Shown here piece after piece: positions 25,720 to 35,737 of a DNA stretch of 42,550 bases (positions are counted from its first letter, which is position 1; the number at the start of each line of letters is the position of its first letter). Under the pieces are notes generated by a model. That model searched no databases. It was not told the origin of the DNA and worked only from the letters and a program-made list of their open reading frames with translations. The translations under genes and the position numbers were made by a program. The stretch comes from a virus: the IMG/VR virus record IMGVR_UViG_3300018875_000010, positions 1 through 42,550 of that record, one strand, 5' to 3'.

Positions 25720-26186
25720 TGCCCTCTGTCCGTCCCGCGACGATGGAGGACTTGGAGTACCTGGCTCCACGCCTCCGCGAGGCGGACGTTCGTGAAATGA
25801 AGGCTCTCGACGGGAGTGACCCCTACCCCGCTCTTGTCGAGAGCTTCAACGCCTCCGTCTACGCTCGCGTCATGGTCGATGATGAGGGGAACCCCTTCGG
25901 TGTCTTCGGAGTGGCTCCCCAAGAAGAGTGCAGTGACTGCACCTCTGGCGTCTCATGGATGCTCGGGACCGAAGACCTCAAGAGACACACTCTCTGGTTC
26001 TGTCGGGAACATGAGCGGTATCTCAACGAGATGCACGAACACTTCCCCATCTACGGGAACTACGCCGATGTTCGTAACACCGTCCACATTCGCTGGCTGA
26101 AGTGGGCTGGCTTCAAGTTCGGCAGGAAGGTTCCCCACGGTGGAACCTACTTTTGGGAACATTGGAGAACTAAGGAATGTGCGTAA
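25719..26186 (+). CDS. internal virion protein A-like (gp13 position)
   Basis: TAATG overlap with gp12. Call rests on position and size. Confidence 0.55.
   Translation: MPSVRPATMEDLEYLAPRLREADVREMKALDGSDPYPALVESFNASVYARVMVDDEGNPFGVFGVAPQEECSDCTSGVSWMLGTEDLKRHTLWFCREHERYLNEMHEHFPIYGNYADVRNTVHIRWLKWAGFKFGRKVPHGGTYFWEHWRTKECA
25928..25942. repeat. 15-bp palindrome, exact (G centre)
   Basis: In 25719..26186; reads CSDCT. Confidence 0.95.
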
Positions 26187-26944
26187 CCGCAGCAGCAGCG
26201 GTGATCGGTGCTGGTTCTTCCATCGCTGGCTCCATCATGGGCTACAACGATGCGAAGAAGCAGGCTTATCAACAGATGCTCTACAACGCGACGGTTGAGC
26301 GTAAGAACGAAGAGTATCGCGTTGAGGTCATCAAGTACCAGAACAAGACCTACAATCAGGACATCAACTACAACAATCGGGTTCTCAGTTGGCAGAAGTC
26401 CGAGTTCAACCGTCAGAAGGAGATGGTTGGGAACGCGGTCAACTCCATCGAGCAGAACCGCTTCACGCAGTACGCTACCCTCTTGCAGCGTCAGGTCGAG
26501 GAGCAGATTGCCTCCGCTCTGAACATGGAGACTGTTGGCAAGGAGGCTCGGAAGATGAGGGCCTCGGCTCAGGCTCAGGCCGACTCCAAGGGCGCTGCCG
26601 GTCGGTCCATCGAGCAAGTCATCAACGACGCAAGCCGACAGGAAGGTGACGCCGTCTCGGTCCTTGAGATGAACCGTAGCGCCACCATGCGTCAGCTTAA
26701 TCTCGAAATGCTCGGGCTGAAGGCTTCCGCCGATCAGGCCCTCTACAACATCCCGATCCAGACCTACGCCCCGAACGCTCCGGTGCAGCCTCCGTCTCCG
26801 GTCTCCCCGGTGCAGCCGTCACCTCCGGTCGCAATGCCGAGCCGTGGTGCGATGGTCACGAACGTCATCGGTGGCGTCATTCAGGGGATGCAGAACTACG
26901 CCTCTTGGTCTGGTCAGAGCATGAGGCAGGCTTTCAGACTGTAA
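26177..26944 (+). CDS. internal virion protein B-like (gp14 position)
   Basis: Call rests on position. Gly/Ala-rich N-terminal hydrophobic segment and Gln/Asn-rich body. Confidence 0.6.
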   Translation: MCVTAAAAVIGAGSSIAGSIMGYNDAKKQAYQQMLYNATVERKNEEYRVEVIKYQNKTYNQDINYNNRVLSWQKSEFNRQKEMVGNAVNSIEQNRFTQYATLLQRQVEEQIASALNMETVGKEARKMRASAQAQADSKGAAGRSIEQVINDASRQEGDAVSVLEMNRSATMRQLNLEMLGLKASADQALYNIPIQTYAPNAPVQPPSPVSPVQPSPPVAMPSRGAMVTNVIGGVIQGMQNYASWSGQSMRQAFRL

Positions 26945-26953
26945 GGATCATTC

Positions 26954-29407
26954 ATGGCAAAACTAGACGACCTCCTGAAGCAACTCGGAGGCCGAGGCGG
27001 GATTAGTCGTCCCGCCTTCACGCCTACCGCTTCGCCGGTCAGAACGGTCGCCACTGACCTCACCTTCAACGAGCTTCCGCGTCCGGTGGAGATGCCAAAG
27101 CCGCAGGCTCCGATGGCTCCCCGGATGCCACAGGCCCCGGCTCCGTCGAACGTCGATCAGCTTGTCTCCGCTCTGGCGTCCCTGAACCCGCAACTCAACC
27201 GGTTCATGGGGAGCTACTTCGAGGAGCAGAACAAGCAGGACCGGCTGGACGCCGAGGTGAAGTACCTTCAGGACAACTCCCCGGCCTCCTGGTCGGAAGC
27301 TGTCAAGCGTGACCCCACGCTCCTCGACCGTTCCCCGGTCTTCCGTCAGGTGTATGAGAGCCGAGTGGCCCGGACTGCCGTGCAGCAGCGGGCGGCTTCC
27401 CTCATCTCTGAATACCACAACTCCCCCATTGCCGCTTCTGAGGACCCGAGCGCCATTACCGGCTGGCTTCAGGAGCGCATGAAGGACCTCCTCGATGTGG
27501 ACGCCTCGCCTGCCGCGAAGGAAGCCTTGGTCGAGGAAATCCAGACCATCGCTCACCGCTTCCAACAGGCACACGCCGAGGTCGCCCGTAAGAACCTTTG
27601 GGAGAAGAACCAACAGTCCCTCTCGGTTCGCTATCAGACGACCTTCGACGGCTACCGTGCGCTTGGCCCTGCCGTCCCCTACCAGACGGATGACCCTGTC
27701 ATTGCCGCCAATGTTGGCAAGGATGGGGACCCTCGGGCTGCGATGAAGGCTGCGTTCCTCAATGCCGTGGCCGGTGGTGAGAGCGCGGGCAAGTACAACA
27801 TTCGCTACGATGGCGGCGCGGGTTCGCTGTTCGACATCAACGGGATGCACCCTCGCATCTTCGTGCCGACCAAGGGCGGTGAAGTGTCGTCCGCTGCGGG
27901 TCGCTACCAATTCGTTTGGACGACTTGGAACGAACTCGGGTTCGGCAACAAGCCGATGACCCCGGAGAACCAAGACAAGGCGGCTCTGATGCTGGCCGAG
28001 CGGGACTACAAGGCCCGTACCGGTCGGAACCTGTGGGACGACATGGAGAAGGAAGGCTTCAGCCCCCGTATCCAAGCTGTCCTTACCCCAACGTGGCAGG
28101 CCCTCAAGGGCAACCGTGGTCGCCACCTCGCCACCTATAACGCTTCCCTTCAGAAGTACGGTGGCAAGCCTACCGGCCCCGGTGTCCAGAACGCCCACAT
28201 CCCCGAGATGGTCGAGGAGGTTCGGAAGATCGAGCAGGAGGCGTCCGCACAGGGCATGACCTTCAGCCAGATCAACGAGCTTACCCTCAACGCGGTCATC
28301 AACAACGCCATCACCAATCAGGACGAAAGCATCCTTGAGGTGGCGACGTTGAGCCGTCCGCACGGTCTCTCGGTGGATCAGGCCAAGCAGATCGAGGACG
28401 CCCGCGCCCGTATCCGCAACCTTCGGGTCCAAGCGGAGAACGACCGGAAGAAGATCGAGGACGCTGCGAAGGAGGCACGGCAGGCCGATGTCACTCAGAA
28501 GGTGGCTGCGGCGATGCTGGCTCAGATGAAGCCCGGTCCCAACGGTGAACCTCCCAAGTCCCCCACGATCCCGACCGAAATCCTTGAGGCGGCGAACGCG
28601 GAGGACCCGGAGTTGTTCAAGGAGCTGGTCGATCTTCAGAAGAACCTCGACACGGTCCACAAGATCGAGGACCCCAACGCTGTCGCTGACCTGACGGCTC
28701 GGGTCTACGCCGGTCGTGCGGATCAGAGGGAAGTCCTTCAGGCTGTCTCTCGGGGCACCCTGAAGAACCAGATCACGATGGGTCAGCTTCTTGAGTTCGC
28801 TGGTCGCGGGTCGAACGACAACCCGCTCAACGATCCCGGCGTGGACAAGATCATCTCGTCCATCGAGACCGTCGTGGGACAGAAGGACAACCTTCAGGTT
28901 CTCCGCAACCCGACCGCTGCCGGTCAGGCTCTCGCTCACTTCTCGGGCGGGCTGATGCGGTTCAAGCAGTTGAACCCCACGGCAAGCCCCATGCAAATCT
29001 TCGAGGAAGCCCGCAAGCTCCAGGCCGAGGTGATGGAACTCTACGCCTCACCGGGAGACCTCAAGAAGTTCAAGGAGAACTCCCCTGAAGCTCGGATGGC
29101 GAAGAAGGCGCAGGGCGGCACAAGTGCAGTCACTGCACCGACCACGCCGCAGCCGAGCAAGCCGGGAGAGCAGAAGGCCGAGGCCGCTCCCCCGATTGAA
29201 CCCCGTAAGGTCGAGTACACGAAGGTTCCTGTCTATCCCGACAGAGGCACCCTCGATAGCGACTTCGCGGCGTACATGAAGGGTGCGACCGACAACAACT
29301 TCGCCCGCTGGCTGAAGGCCAACGGCATCCTCGGAAATCCGCAGGCGACCGTTGAGTTCCTCCAGGCTCAGAGGCGCTTGCTCGAAACAAACACTAGCAA
29401 AGGTTAA
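26954..29407 (+). CDS. internal virion protein with lytic transglycosylase domain
   Basis: GGESAGKYN...HP....SSAAGRYQFVWTTW resembles lambda-R-type transglycosylases. Occupies the gp15/16 position. Confidence 0.8.
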   Translation: MAKLDDLLKQLGGRGGISRPAFTPTASPVRTVATDLTFNELPRPVEMPKPQAPMAPRMPQAPAPSNVDQLVSALASLNPQLNRFMGSYFEEQNKQDRLDAEVKYLQDNSPASWSEAVKRDPTLLDRSPVFRQVYESRVARTAVQQRAASLISEYHNSPIAASEDPSAITGWLQERMKDLLDVDASPAAKEALVEEIQTIAHRFQQAHAEVARKNLWEKNQQSLSVRYQTTFDGYRALGPAVPYQTDDPVIAANVGKDGDPRAAMKAAFLNAVAGGESAGKYNIRYDGGAGSLFDINGMHPRIFVPTKGGEVSSAAGRYQFVWTTWNELGFGNKPMTPENQDKAALMLAERDYKARTGRNLWDDMEKEGFSPRIQAVLTPTWQALKGNRGRHLATYNASLQKYGGKPTGPGVQNAHIPEMVEEVRKIEQEASAQGMTFSQINELTLNAVINNAITNQDESILEVATLSRPHGLSVDQAKQIEDARARIRNLRVQAENDRKKIEDAAKEARQADVTQKVAAAMLAQMKPGPNGEPPKSPTIPTEILEAANAEDPELFKELVDLQKNLDTVHKIEDPNAVADLTARVYAGRADQREVLQAVSRGTLKNQITMGQLLEFAGRGSNDNPLNDPGVDKIISSIETVVGQKDNLQVLRNPTAAGQALAHFSGGLMRFKQLNPTASPMQIFEEARKLQAEVMELYASPGDLKKFKENSPEARMAKKAQGGTSAVTAPTTPQPSKPGEQKAEAAPPIEPRKVEYTKVPVYPDRGTLDSDFAAYMKGATDNNFARWLKANGILGNPQATVEFLQAQRRLLETNTSKG
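29124..29138. repeat. 15-bp palindrome, exact
   Basis: In 26954..29407; reads SAVTAP. Confidence 0.95.
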
Positions 29408-29409
29408 GA

Positions 29410-32400
29410 ATGGAACCCGTTGAACTGACACCGGAGGACCTTCTTCAGGCTGAGAAGACCCGTTTGGAGCTTCAGAAGCTGATGGAGCAGGACCCCTCCA
29501 TGTTGGAAAGCGTCGGGTCCGGTATTGTGGAGGGGGCCAAGGAAGCCCCCTTCCAAGCCGCCCGAGGCGTACAGGAGGGAATGAACGAGGTCTCCGACAC
29601 GTCATTCTCGATTGCCAAGTGGCTCAACGATAACGTCATTGACCTCGGGCACCTCAAGTTCGGTGGTGACGCCAAGGGAGGTGCGGGACCGGAAGGCTTC
29701 GTCCAGTGGTTCCCCGGTATGCCCGAGCAGAACAATCTCAAGTTCGGTGAGGACACCCTTGTCGGTGAAGCTCCGAAGACCGTCATCGGCAACCTGACGA
29801 ATGACATCGCTCAGTTCGTGGGCGGCTATGCCACTCTCGGTCGCTTGTTCAAGACGACCTCGGTTGCCGGTGGTGTGGCGCATGGCATGGTCAAGGGTGC
29901 AATCGTGGACGCCGCTGCGTTCGATCCCCATGAGGAGCGCCTTGCGAACCTGATCGAGCAGCACACCGACTTCGCTAAACCCGTCACCGACTTCCTCGCT
30001 GCACGGCCCGACGATACGGAAGCTGAAGGTCGCTTCAAGAACGCCCTCGAAGGTCTCGTCCTCGGTGGCATGACGGACGCTGTCTTCCACGCTGTTCGTG
30101 CCGTCCGGTTCAAGCAGATGGGGAAGATGGACGAAGCTGCCGCCGCTCTCGATGAGGTCGAGAAGGCCGAGGCTGCGGCGAAGGCCAAGCCTACCGAGGA
30201 AAGTGCAGCCACTGCACCGAAGGAGGAGGCCAAGCCCGAGGAGCCGAAGAAGGAAGAGGAGCAACTCAACCTCGACCTCGGGGACACCCCGCAGGACACC
30301 TTCACTGGCACCCGAGGGGAGAACGGTAAGCTCAAGCCCGAAGACCTGGCACCCGACGTGCCCCCGAAGACCGGACCCTTCAAGGACATCAAGCCGGTCG
30401 TGAAGCTCTCCGAAGAAGACCTTCAGCACCTCGACAACATGAGGACCGCTGAGTTGGGCTTCGGTCAGGGCCGCAACCTCTCCGGTATCCGCACGGACCT
30501 GTGGGAGGTGGACGAGGACATCAACCAGAACGTCAGCGCAATCGCCCGTCAGTACGGGGACCGGATGCGCCGGATGATGGGCGGCAACGCCGATGGTGTC
30601 CGCTCATGGGATCGCACAAGGGCCAACGCCGAGAAGTTCGCTGACCTCATTGGTGAGGACCCCCGTATCCTCTTCCAGCGTATGAGGGCCATGCACAAAG
30701 AGAACTTCATGGCCGACGCCGAGATGCTGGCCTATCGGGATGTGATGGCGACCGCCAACGCCCGCCTCGAAGAGGCTGCGGAGGCGATTGCGAACTCCAA
30801 CTACAACTACGCTACCGGCAAGTTCAAGTCAGTGGCGGAAGCTCGGGAGGCGTTCGCAAAGCATTGGGAAATCCTCGCCAACACGCAGCTTATGTATAAG
30901 GGGCTTCAGACCTCGTTCGCTCGGACGATGAACTCCTTCAAGATCGCCGCTAAGGCCCGTAATGGTCTCCTCGAAGGGGCCGACCCTGACGCCATGTGGA
31001 AGGGTGGACCGGAAGCGATGCAGAAGATGGCCCGTCAGGTTCTGGCAAATAGGGGCAACCTCGCTGCGAACGCTAAGGCCGCTCGTAGGGGCTTCGTCCA
31101 GAAGTTCTTCGACGTGGTGCAGGAGTTCCAGATCAACTCCCTTCTGTCCGGTCCCAAGACCCACCTCGTCAACATGGTCTCGGGTGTCTTCAACTCGGCC
31201 TTCCTGCCTGCCGAGAAGATGCTCTACGGTGCCGCGAAGCTGGATTTGGCTACGGCCCGAGAGGCAGCCGAGCAGTATTGGGGTATGGTCATGAGCGCCC
31301 GCGAGGCAGCGCAGCTTGCCGCCAAGGCGTTCAAGGCTGGTGATCCGGTCCTCGATCCTACCCACGGTGGGGCCGAGCATCGTGCAGCTATCTCGGCTGC
31401 GAACTTCAACATCACCGACCCGGTTGCTTCTGCGGTGGTCAACGGTCTCGGCAACCTCGTTCGCATCCCGTCGCGGTTCCTCGCTGCGGAAGACGAGTTC
31501 CTCAAGCAGATCAACTACCGTGCAGCCATTCGCGCCCAGGCGTGGCGTGAGGCTCGGGCTGAAGGGAAAGAGGGCAAGGCGTTCTCCGAGCATGTCGCCA
31601 CTCGGCTCAATGAGGCTATCTCCCCGACCGGCTCTGCCTTCAATGCGAAGGGTGAGGCACTCAACGAGCGGGCATTGAGACAGGCCCGAGAGGCAACCTA
31701 TACGCAAGACCTCGGGGCTGAGAGCGGGACTTGGTTCGGTAATCAGACCCTCGGTCAGAGCATCCAGAACTTCGCTGCGGCTCATCCGTATCTGCGAACC
31801 ATCGTGCCCTTCATCCGTACACCGACGAACCTCTTCCGGTTCGTCCACAACCGCACCCCTGTCCTCAACCTCCTGCGGAAGCAGTACGCTTACGATTTCA
31901 TGGGGAAGAACGGCCAGGAGGCGGCTGACCGTGCGCGGGCACAGTTCCTCTCTGGTGGCTTACTGTGGGCTGGCGCTATCTCCTACGTCCACTCAGGAGA
32001 CGTGACCGGCGCAGGCCCGACCGATCCTGACATCAGGAAGGCCCTCATGGACACCGGCTGGCGTCCCTACTCGATCCGCGTCGAGAAGGAAGACGGAACG
32101 GTCCAGTACGTCCAGTACAACCGGTTCGACCCCTTCGGCATGTTCCTCGGCCTCGCTGCGGACTTCGCTGAAGTGTCCGGTGCGTATCCCGAGCGTGATC
32201 TTGACGAGACCGCCCTTGCGATGACAACGGCCCTCGCCAAGAACCTGAACAACAAGTCCTACCTCACCGGTATCATCAACGGCCTCGGCGCGATGGCTGA
32301 ACCGGAGCGGAGGGGCGAGTTCTTCCTTCAGGGGCTTGCCTCGGGCTTCGTGCCGAACTTCATGCAGCAGTCCCTCAACGACGATCCTTACTTCCGTGAG

Positions 32401-33015
32401 GCTCGGTCGGTGATCGAGGCGATGCGGCGGAAGGTCCCCGGATACTCGGACGACCTCGATCCTCGCCGGAACGTCCTCGGTGAGAAGCAGTACATTCCCC
32501 CGGCGCTCGGTCCTGATTGGCTGTCCCCGGTGGTGACGGGCTACAACAAGAACGACACACAGCCCATCACTGAGGAATGGAAGCGGACCCCGAAGGAGGA
32601 CGTTTACGACGAACTCTCTCGGGTCACGTTCCTGAACAACAGCCCGATCCGTCAGCCGGCCCGTATGCAGTACGGCGTTGACCTCACACAGTACCGCTCC
32701 CCGGACACTGGCTACACAGCCTATGACCGCTATCAGGAGCTTGTAGGTGTCGTGAAGGACAACGATGGGCTGACCCTGAAGGAGCGACTTGGGGAACTCT
32801 TCAAGTCGGACGAGTACAAGAACGTCCTCGGGGACGGTGACATCGGCGTGGATGGTGGACGTATCGAAGCTATCCGCAACGTCGTTGGTGCCTTCCGTCA
32901 GATGGCGCTTGACCAACTCCGTCAGGAAATCCCGCAACTGCACTACGACCTGATCGAGGGACAACGCAAGGAGTTCCTCTCGAAGGTCCAAGAGCAGTAT
33001 CGACCAACTGAATAA
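29410..33015 (+). CDS. large internal virion (ejection) protein (gp16 position)
   Basis: 1201 aa. Call rests on position and size. Confidence 0.75.
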   Translation: MEPVELTPEDLLQAEKTRLELQKLMEQDPSMLESVGSGIVEGAKEAPFQAARGVQEGMNEVSDTSFSIAKWLNDNVIDLGHLKFGGDAKGGAGPEGFVQWFPGMPEQNNLKFGEDTLVGEAPKTVIGNLTNDIAQFVGGYATLGRLFKTTSVAGGVAHGMVKGAIVDAAAFDPHEERLANLIEQHTDFAKPVTDFLAARPDDTEAEGRFKNALEGLVLGGMTDAVFHAVRAVRFKQMGKMDEAAAALDEVEKAEAAAKAKPTEESAATAPKEEAKPEEPKKEEEQLNLDLGDTPQDTFTGTRGENGKLKPEDLAPDVPPKTGPFKDIKPVVKLSEEDLQHLDNMRTAELGFGQGRNLSGIRTDLWEVDEDINQNVSAIARQYGDRMRRMMGGNADGVRSWDRTRANAEKFADLIGEDPRILFQRMRAMHKENFMADAEMLAYRDVMATANARLEEAAEAIANSNYNYATGKFKSVAEAREAFAKHWEILANTQLMYKGLQTSFARTMNSFKIAAKARNGLLEGADPDAMWKGGPEAMQKMARQVLANRGNLAANAKAARRGFVQKFFDVVQEFQINSLLSGPKTHLVNMVSGVFNSAFLPAEKMLYGAAKLDLATAREAAEQYWGMVMSAREAAQLAAKAFKAGDPVLDPTHGGAEHRAAISAANFNITDPVASAVVNGLGNLVRIPSRFLAAEDEFLKQINYRAAIRAQAWREARAEGKEGKAFSEHVATRLNEAISPTGSAFNAKGEALNERALRQAREATYTQDLGAESGTWFGNQTLGQSIQNFAAAHPYLRTIVPFIRTPTNLFRFVHNRTPVLNLLRKQYAYDFMGKNGQEAADRARAQFLSGGLLWAGAISYVHSGDVTGAGPTDPDIRKALMDTGWRPYSIRVEKEDGTVQYVQYNRFDPFGMFLGLAADFAEVSGAYPERDLDETALAMTTALAKNLNNKSYLTGIINGLGAMAEPERRGEFFLQGLASGFVPNFMQQSLNDDPYFREARSVIEAMRRKVPGYSDDLDPRRNVLGEKQYIPPALGPDWLSPVVTGYNKNDTQPITEEWKRTPKEDVYDELSRVTFLNNSPIRQPARMQYGVDLTQYRSPDTGYTAYDRYQELVGVVKDNDGLTLKERLGELFKSDEYKNVLGDGDIGVDGGRIEAIRNVVGAFRQMALDQLRQEIPQLHYDLIEGQRKEFLSKVQEQYRPTE
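30203..30217. repeat. 15-bp palindrome, 14/15 (CC centre)
   Basis: In 29410..33015; reads SAATAP. Confidence 0.85.
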
Positions 33016-33018
33016 CCG

Positions 33019-33033
33019 GTGCAGTCACTGCAC
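33019..33033. repeat. 15-bp palindrome, exact
   Basis: 3 nt after a stop codon; a terminator follows. Confidence 0.95.
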
Positions 33034-33040
33034 TAATCGT

Positions 33041-33074
33041 GGCCCTCGGAGCGATCCGGGGGCCTTTCTCTTTT
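33041..33074 (+). terminator. rho-independent terminator before the tail-fibre gene
   Basis: GGCCCTCGG (33041-33049) pairs with CCGGGGGCC (33056-33064, one G-U), followed by TTTCTCTTTT. Confidence 0.65.
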
Positions 33075-33085
33075 AGAGGAGACTG

Positions 33086-35185
33086 ATGGCTCTTTCCTAC
33101 GTTCAGTACGAAGGTAATGGCACCCAAGAGACATTCGCCATTCCCTTCCCGTACCTCGACAAGTCCCACGTTGAGGTGCGCGTAGCTCTCGACGTACATC
33201 CGTACACTTGGGACGATCCTCAGACCATTCGTATCTCCCCGGCTCCCGCTCCTGGCGCGGTGGTCGAGGCACGGCGCATCACTCCGCGTGAGACCCGTAT
33301 GGTGGACTTCGTGGACGGCTCGGTCCTCACCGAGAGCGACCTCGACCTTGCCACCGTCCAGACCTTCTACATCGTGCAGGAGGCTATCGACATCGCAGGC
33401 GGTACGCTGGAACTCCTGCCTGACGGGTCCTACGGTGCCGGTGGTCGGCGCATCAAGGAGGTGGGTACGCCCATCGAGGCCCGCGATGCGGTGACGAAGG
33501 AGTACCATGACGGGACGTGGATTCCGCAGATGAACGCGATCCTGTCCTCCACAACGACCGAAAGGCAGAACGCTCAGACTGCCCGTCAGGGTGCGGAAGC
33601 TGCCCGCGATGCGGCGATTGCTGCCCGCACGGCGGCTGAAGCTGCCCGCGATGCAGCGAGGACTTCGGAGACCAACAGCGCCAACAGCGCCTCGGCCTCG
33701 CAGTCTTCCCGGCTGGCGTCCGAAGCTGCCCGCGATCTGGCCCGCGATTGGGCCGAGAAGGCTGACAATACGGACGTGAACGGCTCGGGCACTCGCTCGG
33801 CTCGTCACCACGCCCGCCAAGCGGCCACCTCCGCGACCAATGCGGCGAACTCCGCTGCAACCGCCAACACCCACAAGGACACCGCTGCGGGTCACGCCAC
33901 GACGGCCACCAACAAGGCCGCAGAGGCGACCACTCAGGCGAACCTTGCGAAGGATTGGGCGACCAAGACGGACGGTGAGGTTGTCGCCGGTCAGGGTTAC
34001 TCCGCGAAGAAGTACGCGCTCGACGCTGCGGCCTCGGCTGAAGCGGCTAAGACCTGGGACCCGTCGCTGTACTATCAGAAGACGGAGGTGGACGGCTTCC
34101 TGGCCGGTAAGGCGAACCTCTCCGGGGCGAGCTTCTCGGGCGAGGTAACGGCCCCTCACCTGAACACCACCGGTCGCGTGAGGGTCGGTCAGGGGCAGGC
34201 TGATAGCTGGATCGAGATGCACGACTCCGACAACGGGGTCCGCTACATCCACAACAACAGCGGCTACATCGGCTTCGTTGGAAACCACGGCGGGTGGACC
34301 TTCCAGGTCAACGACAACGGCGACATCGTTGCTCCCCGAGGTGGCGTGACGTGGCGCAATGACGGTAACGTCTACATGCCGTGGGCTGGTATGTGGCTGT
34401 CGGATCGACTGAACGGTCGTCACGACACCTCGCACTCGGCCTATCGCTACAACTGCTACGAAATCCTCTACTGGCCGAACACCGGTACGCAGCACACCTC
34501 GGACGGTAACATCTACGCAACGTGGATGGGTGACTGGTACTCGAACCAGATGGTCCGCGTGTCGCCTAACCAAGTCATCTACGGCTACAAATACTTCGAC
34601 GGTCGCCTCTATGCGCGTGGTCCGGCGTACCTCGAAGACGCCTACAACCGGACGACTTCCTCGGCGGCGAACGTCACCATCACGTCCTCCGGTCTCGTCT
34701 ATCGGTACTCCTCGTCTAAGGAATACAAGAAGGACATCGAGCCTCTGGACGCGGCGATTGCCGATAGGGTCGTGGATGAGCTTCAGCCCATCTGGTATCG
34801 CCCGAGCAACGCTTCGTCGGATGACCCGAACCTGTCGTTCTACGGTCTCCTCGCTGAAGACGTGGCGAAGGTCGATCCGCGCCTTGTCATGTGGGACTAC
34901 AAGACCCTGCGTGACGAGAAGGGTCAGGTTAGGCGCAAGCCGAAGAAGTCCAAGAAGGAACCCAAGTTCACCAAGGAAGGTGCCCCGATCCCCGAGGAGT
35001 TCGATCCCGAGGATGGGGCCGTCGAGCGGGCGAAGGAGAAGTCCCCTGAAGGTGTCTTCTACGACCGCATCGCTCTCTTCATGCTGCCTGTCGTGAAGCG
35101 TCAGAAGGCGCAGATCAAGGAGCTTGAGGACAAGGTCTCGACCCTCGAAGCCCGCCTCGCTGCCCTCGAAGCGAAGTTGGCATAA
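33086..35185 (+). CDS. tail fibre (T7 gp17-like N-terminus) with C-terminal S74 intramolecular-chaperone domain
   Basis: N-terminal FAIPFPYLDKSHVEV...RMVDFVDGSVLTESDLD parallels T7 gp17. C-terminal SSSKEYKKDIEPLD...FYGLLAEDVAKVDP is S74-like. Terminal coiled coil. Confidence 0.9.
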   Translation: MALSYVQYEGNGTQETFAIPFPYLDKSHVEVRVALDVHPYTWDDPQTIRISPAPAPGAVVEARRITPRETRMVDFVDGSVLTESDLDLATVQTFYIVQEAIDIAGGTLELLPDGSYGAGGRRIKEVGTPIEARDAVTKEYHDGTWIPQMNAILSSTTTERQNAQTARQGAEAARDAAIAARTAAEAARDAARTSETNSANSASASQSSRLASEAARDLARDWAEKADNTDVNGSGTRSARHHARQAATSATNAANSAATANTHKDTAAGHATTATNKAAEATTQANLAKDWATKTDGEVVAGQGYSAKKYALDAAASAEAAKTWDPSLYYQKTEVDGFLAGKANLSGASFSGEVTAPHLNTTGRVRVGQGQADSWIEMHDSDNGVRYIHNNSGYIGFVGNHGGWTFQVNDNGDIVAPRGGVTWRNDGNVYMPWAGMWLSDRLNGRHDTSHSAYRYNCYEILYWPNTGTQHTSDGNIYATWMGDWYSNQMVRVSPNQVIYGYKYFDGRLYARGPAYLEDAYNRTTSSAANVTITSSGLVYRYSSSKEYKKDIEPLDAAIADRVVDELQPIWYRPSNASSDDPNLSFYGLLAEDVAKVDPRLVMWDYKTLRDEKGQVRRKPKKSKKEPKFTKEGAPIPEEFDPEDGAVERAKEKSPEGVFYDRIALFMLPVVKRQKAQIKELEDKVSTLEARLAALEAKLA

Positions 35186-35200
35186 GTGCAGTCACTGCAC
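35186..35200. repeat. 15-bp palindrome, exact
   Basis: Starts the base after the tail-fibre stop and ends 2 nt before the next ATG. Confidence 0.95.
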
Positions 35201-35202
35201 CG

Positions 35203-35424
35203 ATGGACGAGCAGAACCAACTCTACCTGATGTTGGGCCGGATCGACGGTAAACTCGACCACGCCCTCCAGCGTCAGGACAAGTCCGATAAGGAAGTGGA
35301 GGCCCTCTCAAAGAGGGTCTCCGCCCTCGAAAGCAGCAAGGCGTGGGTGATAGGTGCAGCCACTGCACTTTCCTCCCTTGTCGCCACCTCCATCCCATTC
35401 CTAAAGGATTGGCTTCTGAAGTAA
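35203..35424 (+). CDS. small protein with C-terminal TM helix, possible holin (gp17.5 position)
   Basis: Call rests on position and the single TM AWVIGAATALSSLVATSIPFL. Confidence 0.45.
   Translation: MDEQNQLYLMLGRIDGKLDHALQRQDKSDKEVEALSKRVSALESSKAWVIGAATALSSLVATSIPFLKDWLLK
35354..35368. repeat. 15-bp palindrome, 14/15 (CC centre)
   Basis: In 35203..35424; reads GAATAL. Confidence 0.85.
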
Positions 35425-35648
35425 TGGCAAAGGCAAAAGACGAACTCCTCGAAATGCTTCACGGCGCATTGGCTGAAGAGTTCTTGCGCCGGATCAAGGA
35501 CGGCACGGCTACCGCTGCCGACCTCTCCGCTGCCCGTCAGTTCCTCAAGGACAACGGCATCGACGCGGCTCCGAAGGAGGGTTCCCCCATGAACAACCTC
35601 ATGGAGAACCTGCCCTTCGAGGCCAATGAAGATCACATCTACAACTAA
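35424..35648 (+). CDS. terminase small subunit (T7 gp18-like)
   Basis: 74 aa. TAATG overlap with the previous gene. LLEML..A.....L.AARQFLKDNGI resembles T7-type small terminases. Confidence 0.6.
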   Translation: MAKAKDELLEMLHGALAEEFLRRIKDGTATAADLSAARQFLKDNGIDAAPKEGSPMNNLMENLPFEANEDHIYN

Positions 35649-35681
35649 CGCGAAACAGGCCCGTAGAGGGCCGTTCTAGGG

Positions 35682-35716
35682 CCTCGGCTAGGGTAACACC
35701 TGCCGGGGCTTTTTTG
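35682..35716 (+). terminator. hairpin plus T-run between the terminase subunit genes
   Basis: CCTCGGC (35682-35688) pairs with GCCGGGG (35702-35708, one G-U), followed by CTTTTTTG. Confidence 0.5.
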
Positions 35717-35737
35717 CGTCTCCTACCCCGTTTTCTG

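Noticed and set aside
26780-26817. Two CCGGTGCAGCC half-sites 27 bp apart.
   Set aside because: They follow from a repeated PVQP peptide in the gp14-like protein. Only the left arm of the palindrome is present.
27053-27070. ACTGACCTCACCTTCAAC, resembling the phage promoter core.
   Set aside because: The -12 to -9 specificity region (AACC) is not conserved, and the site is in the middle of a structural gene. It is probably chance.
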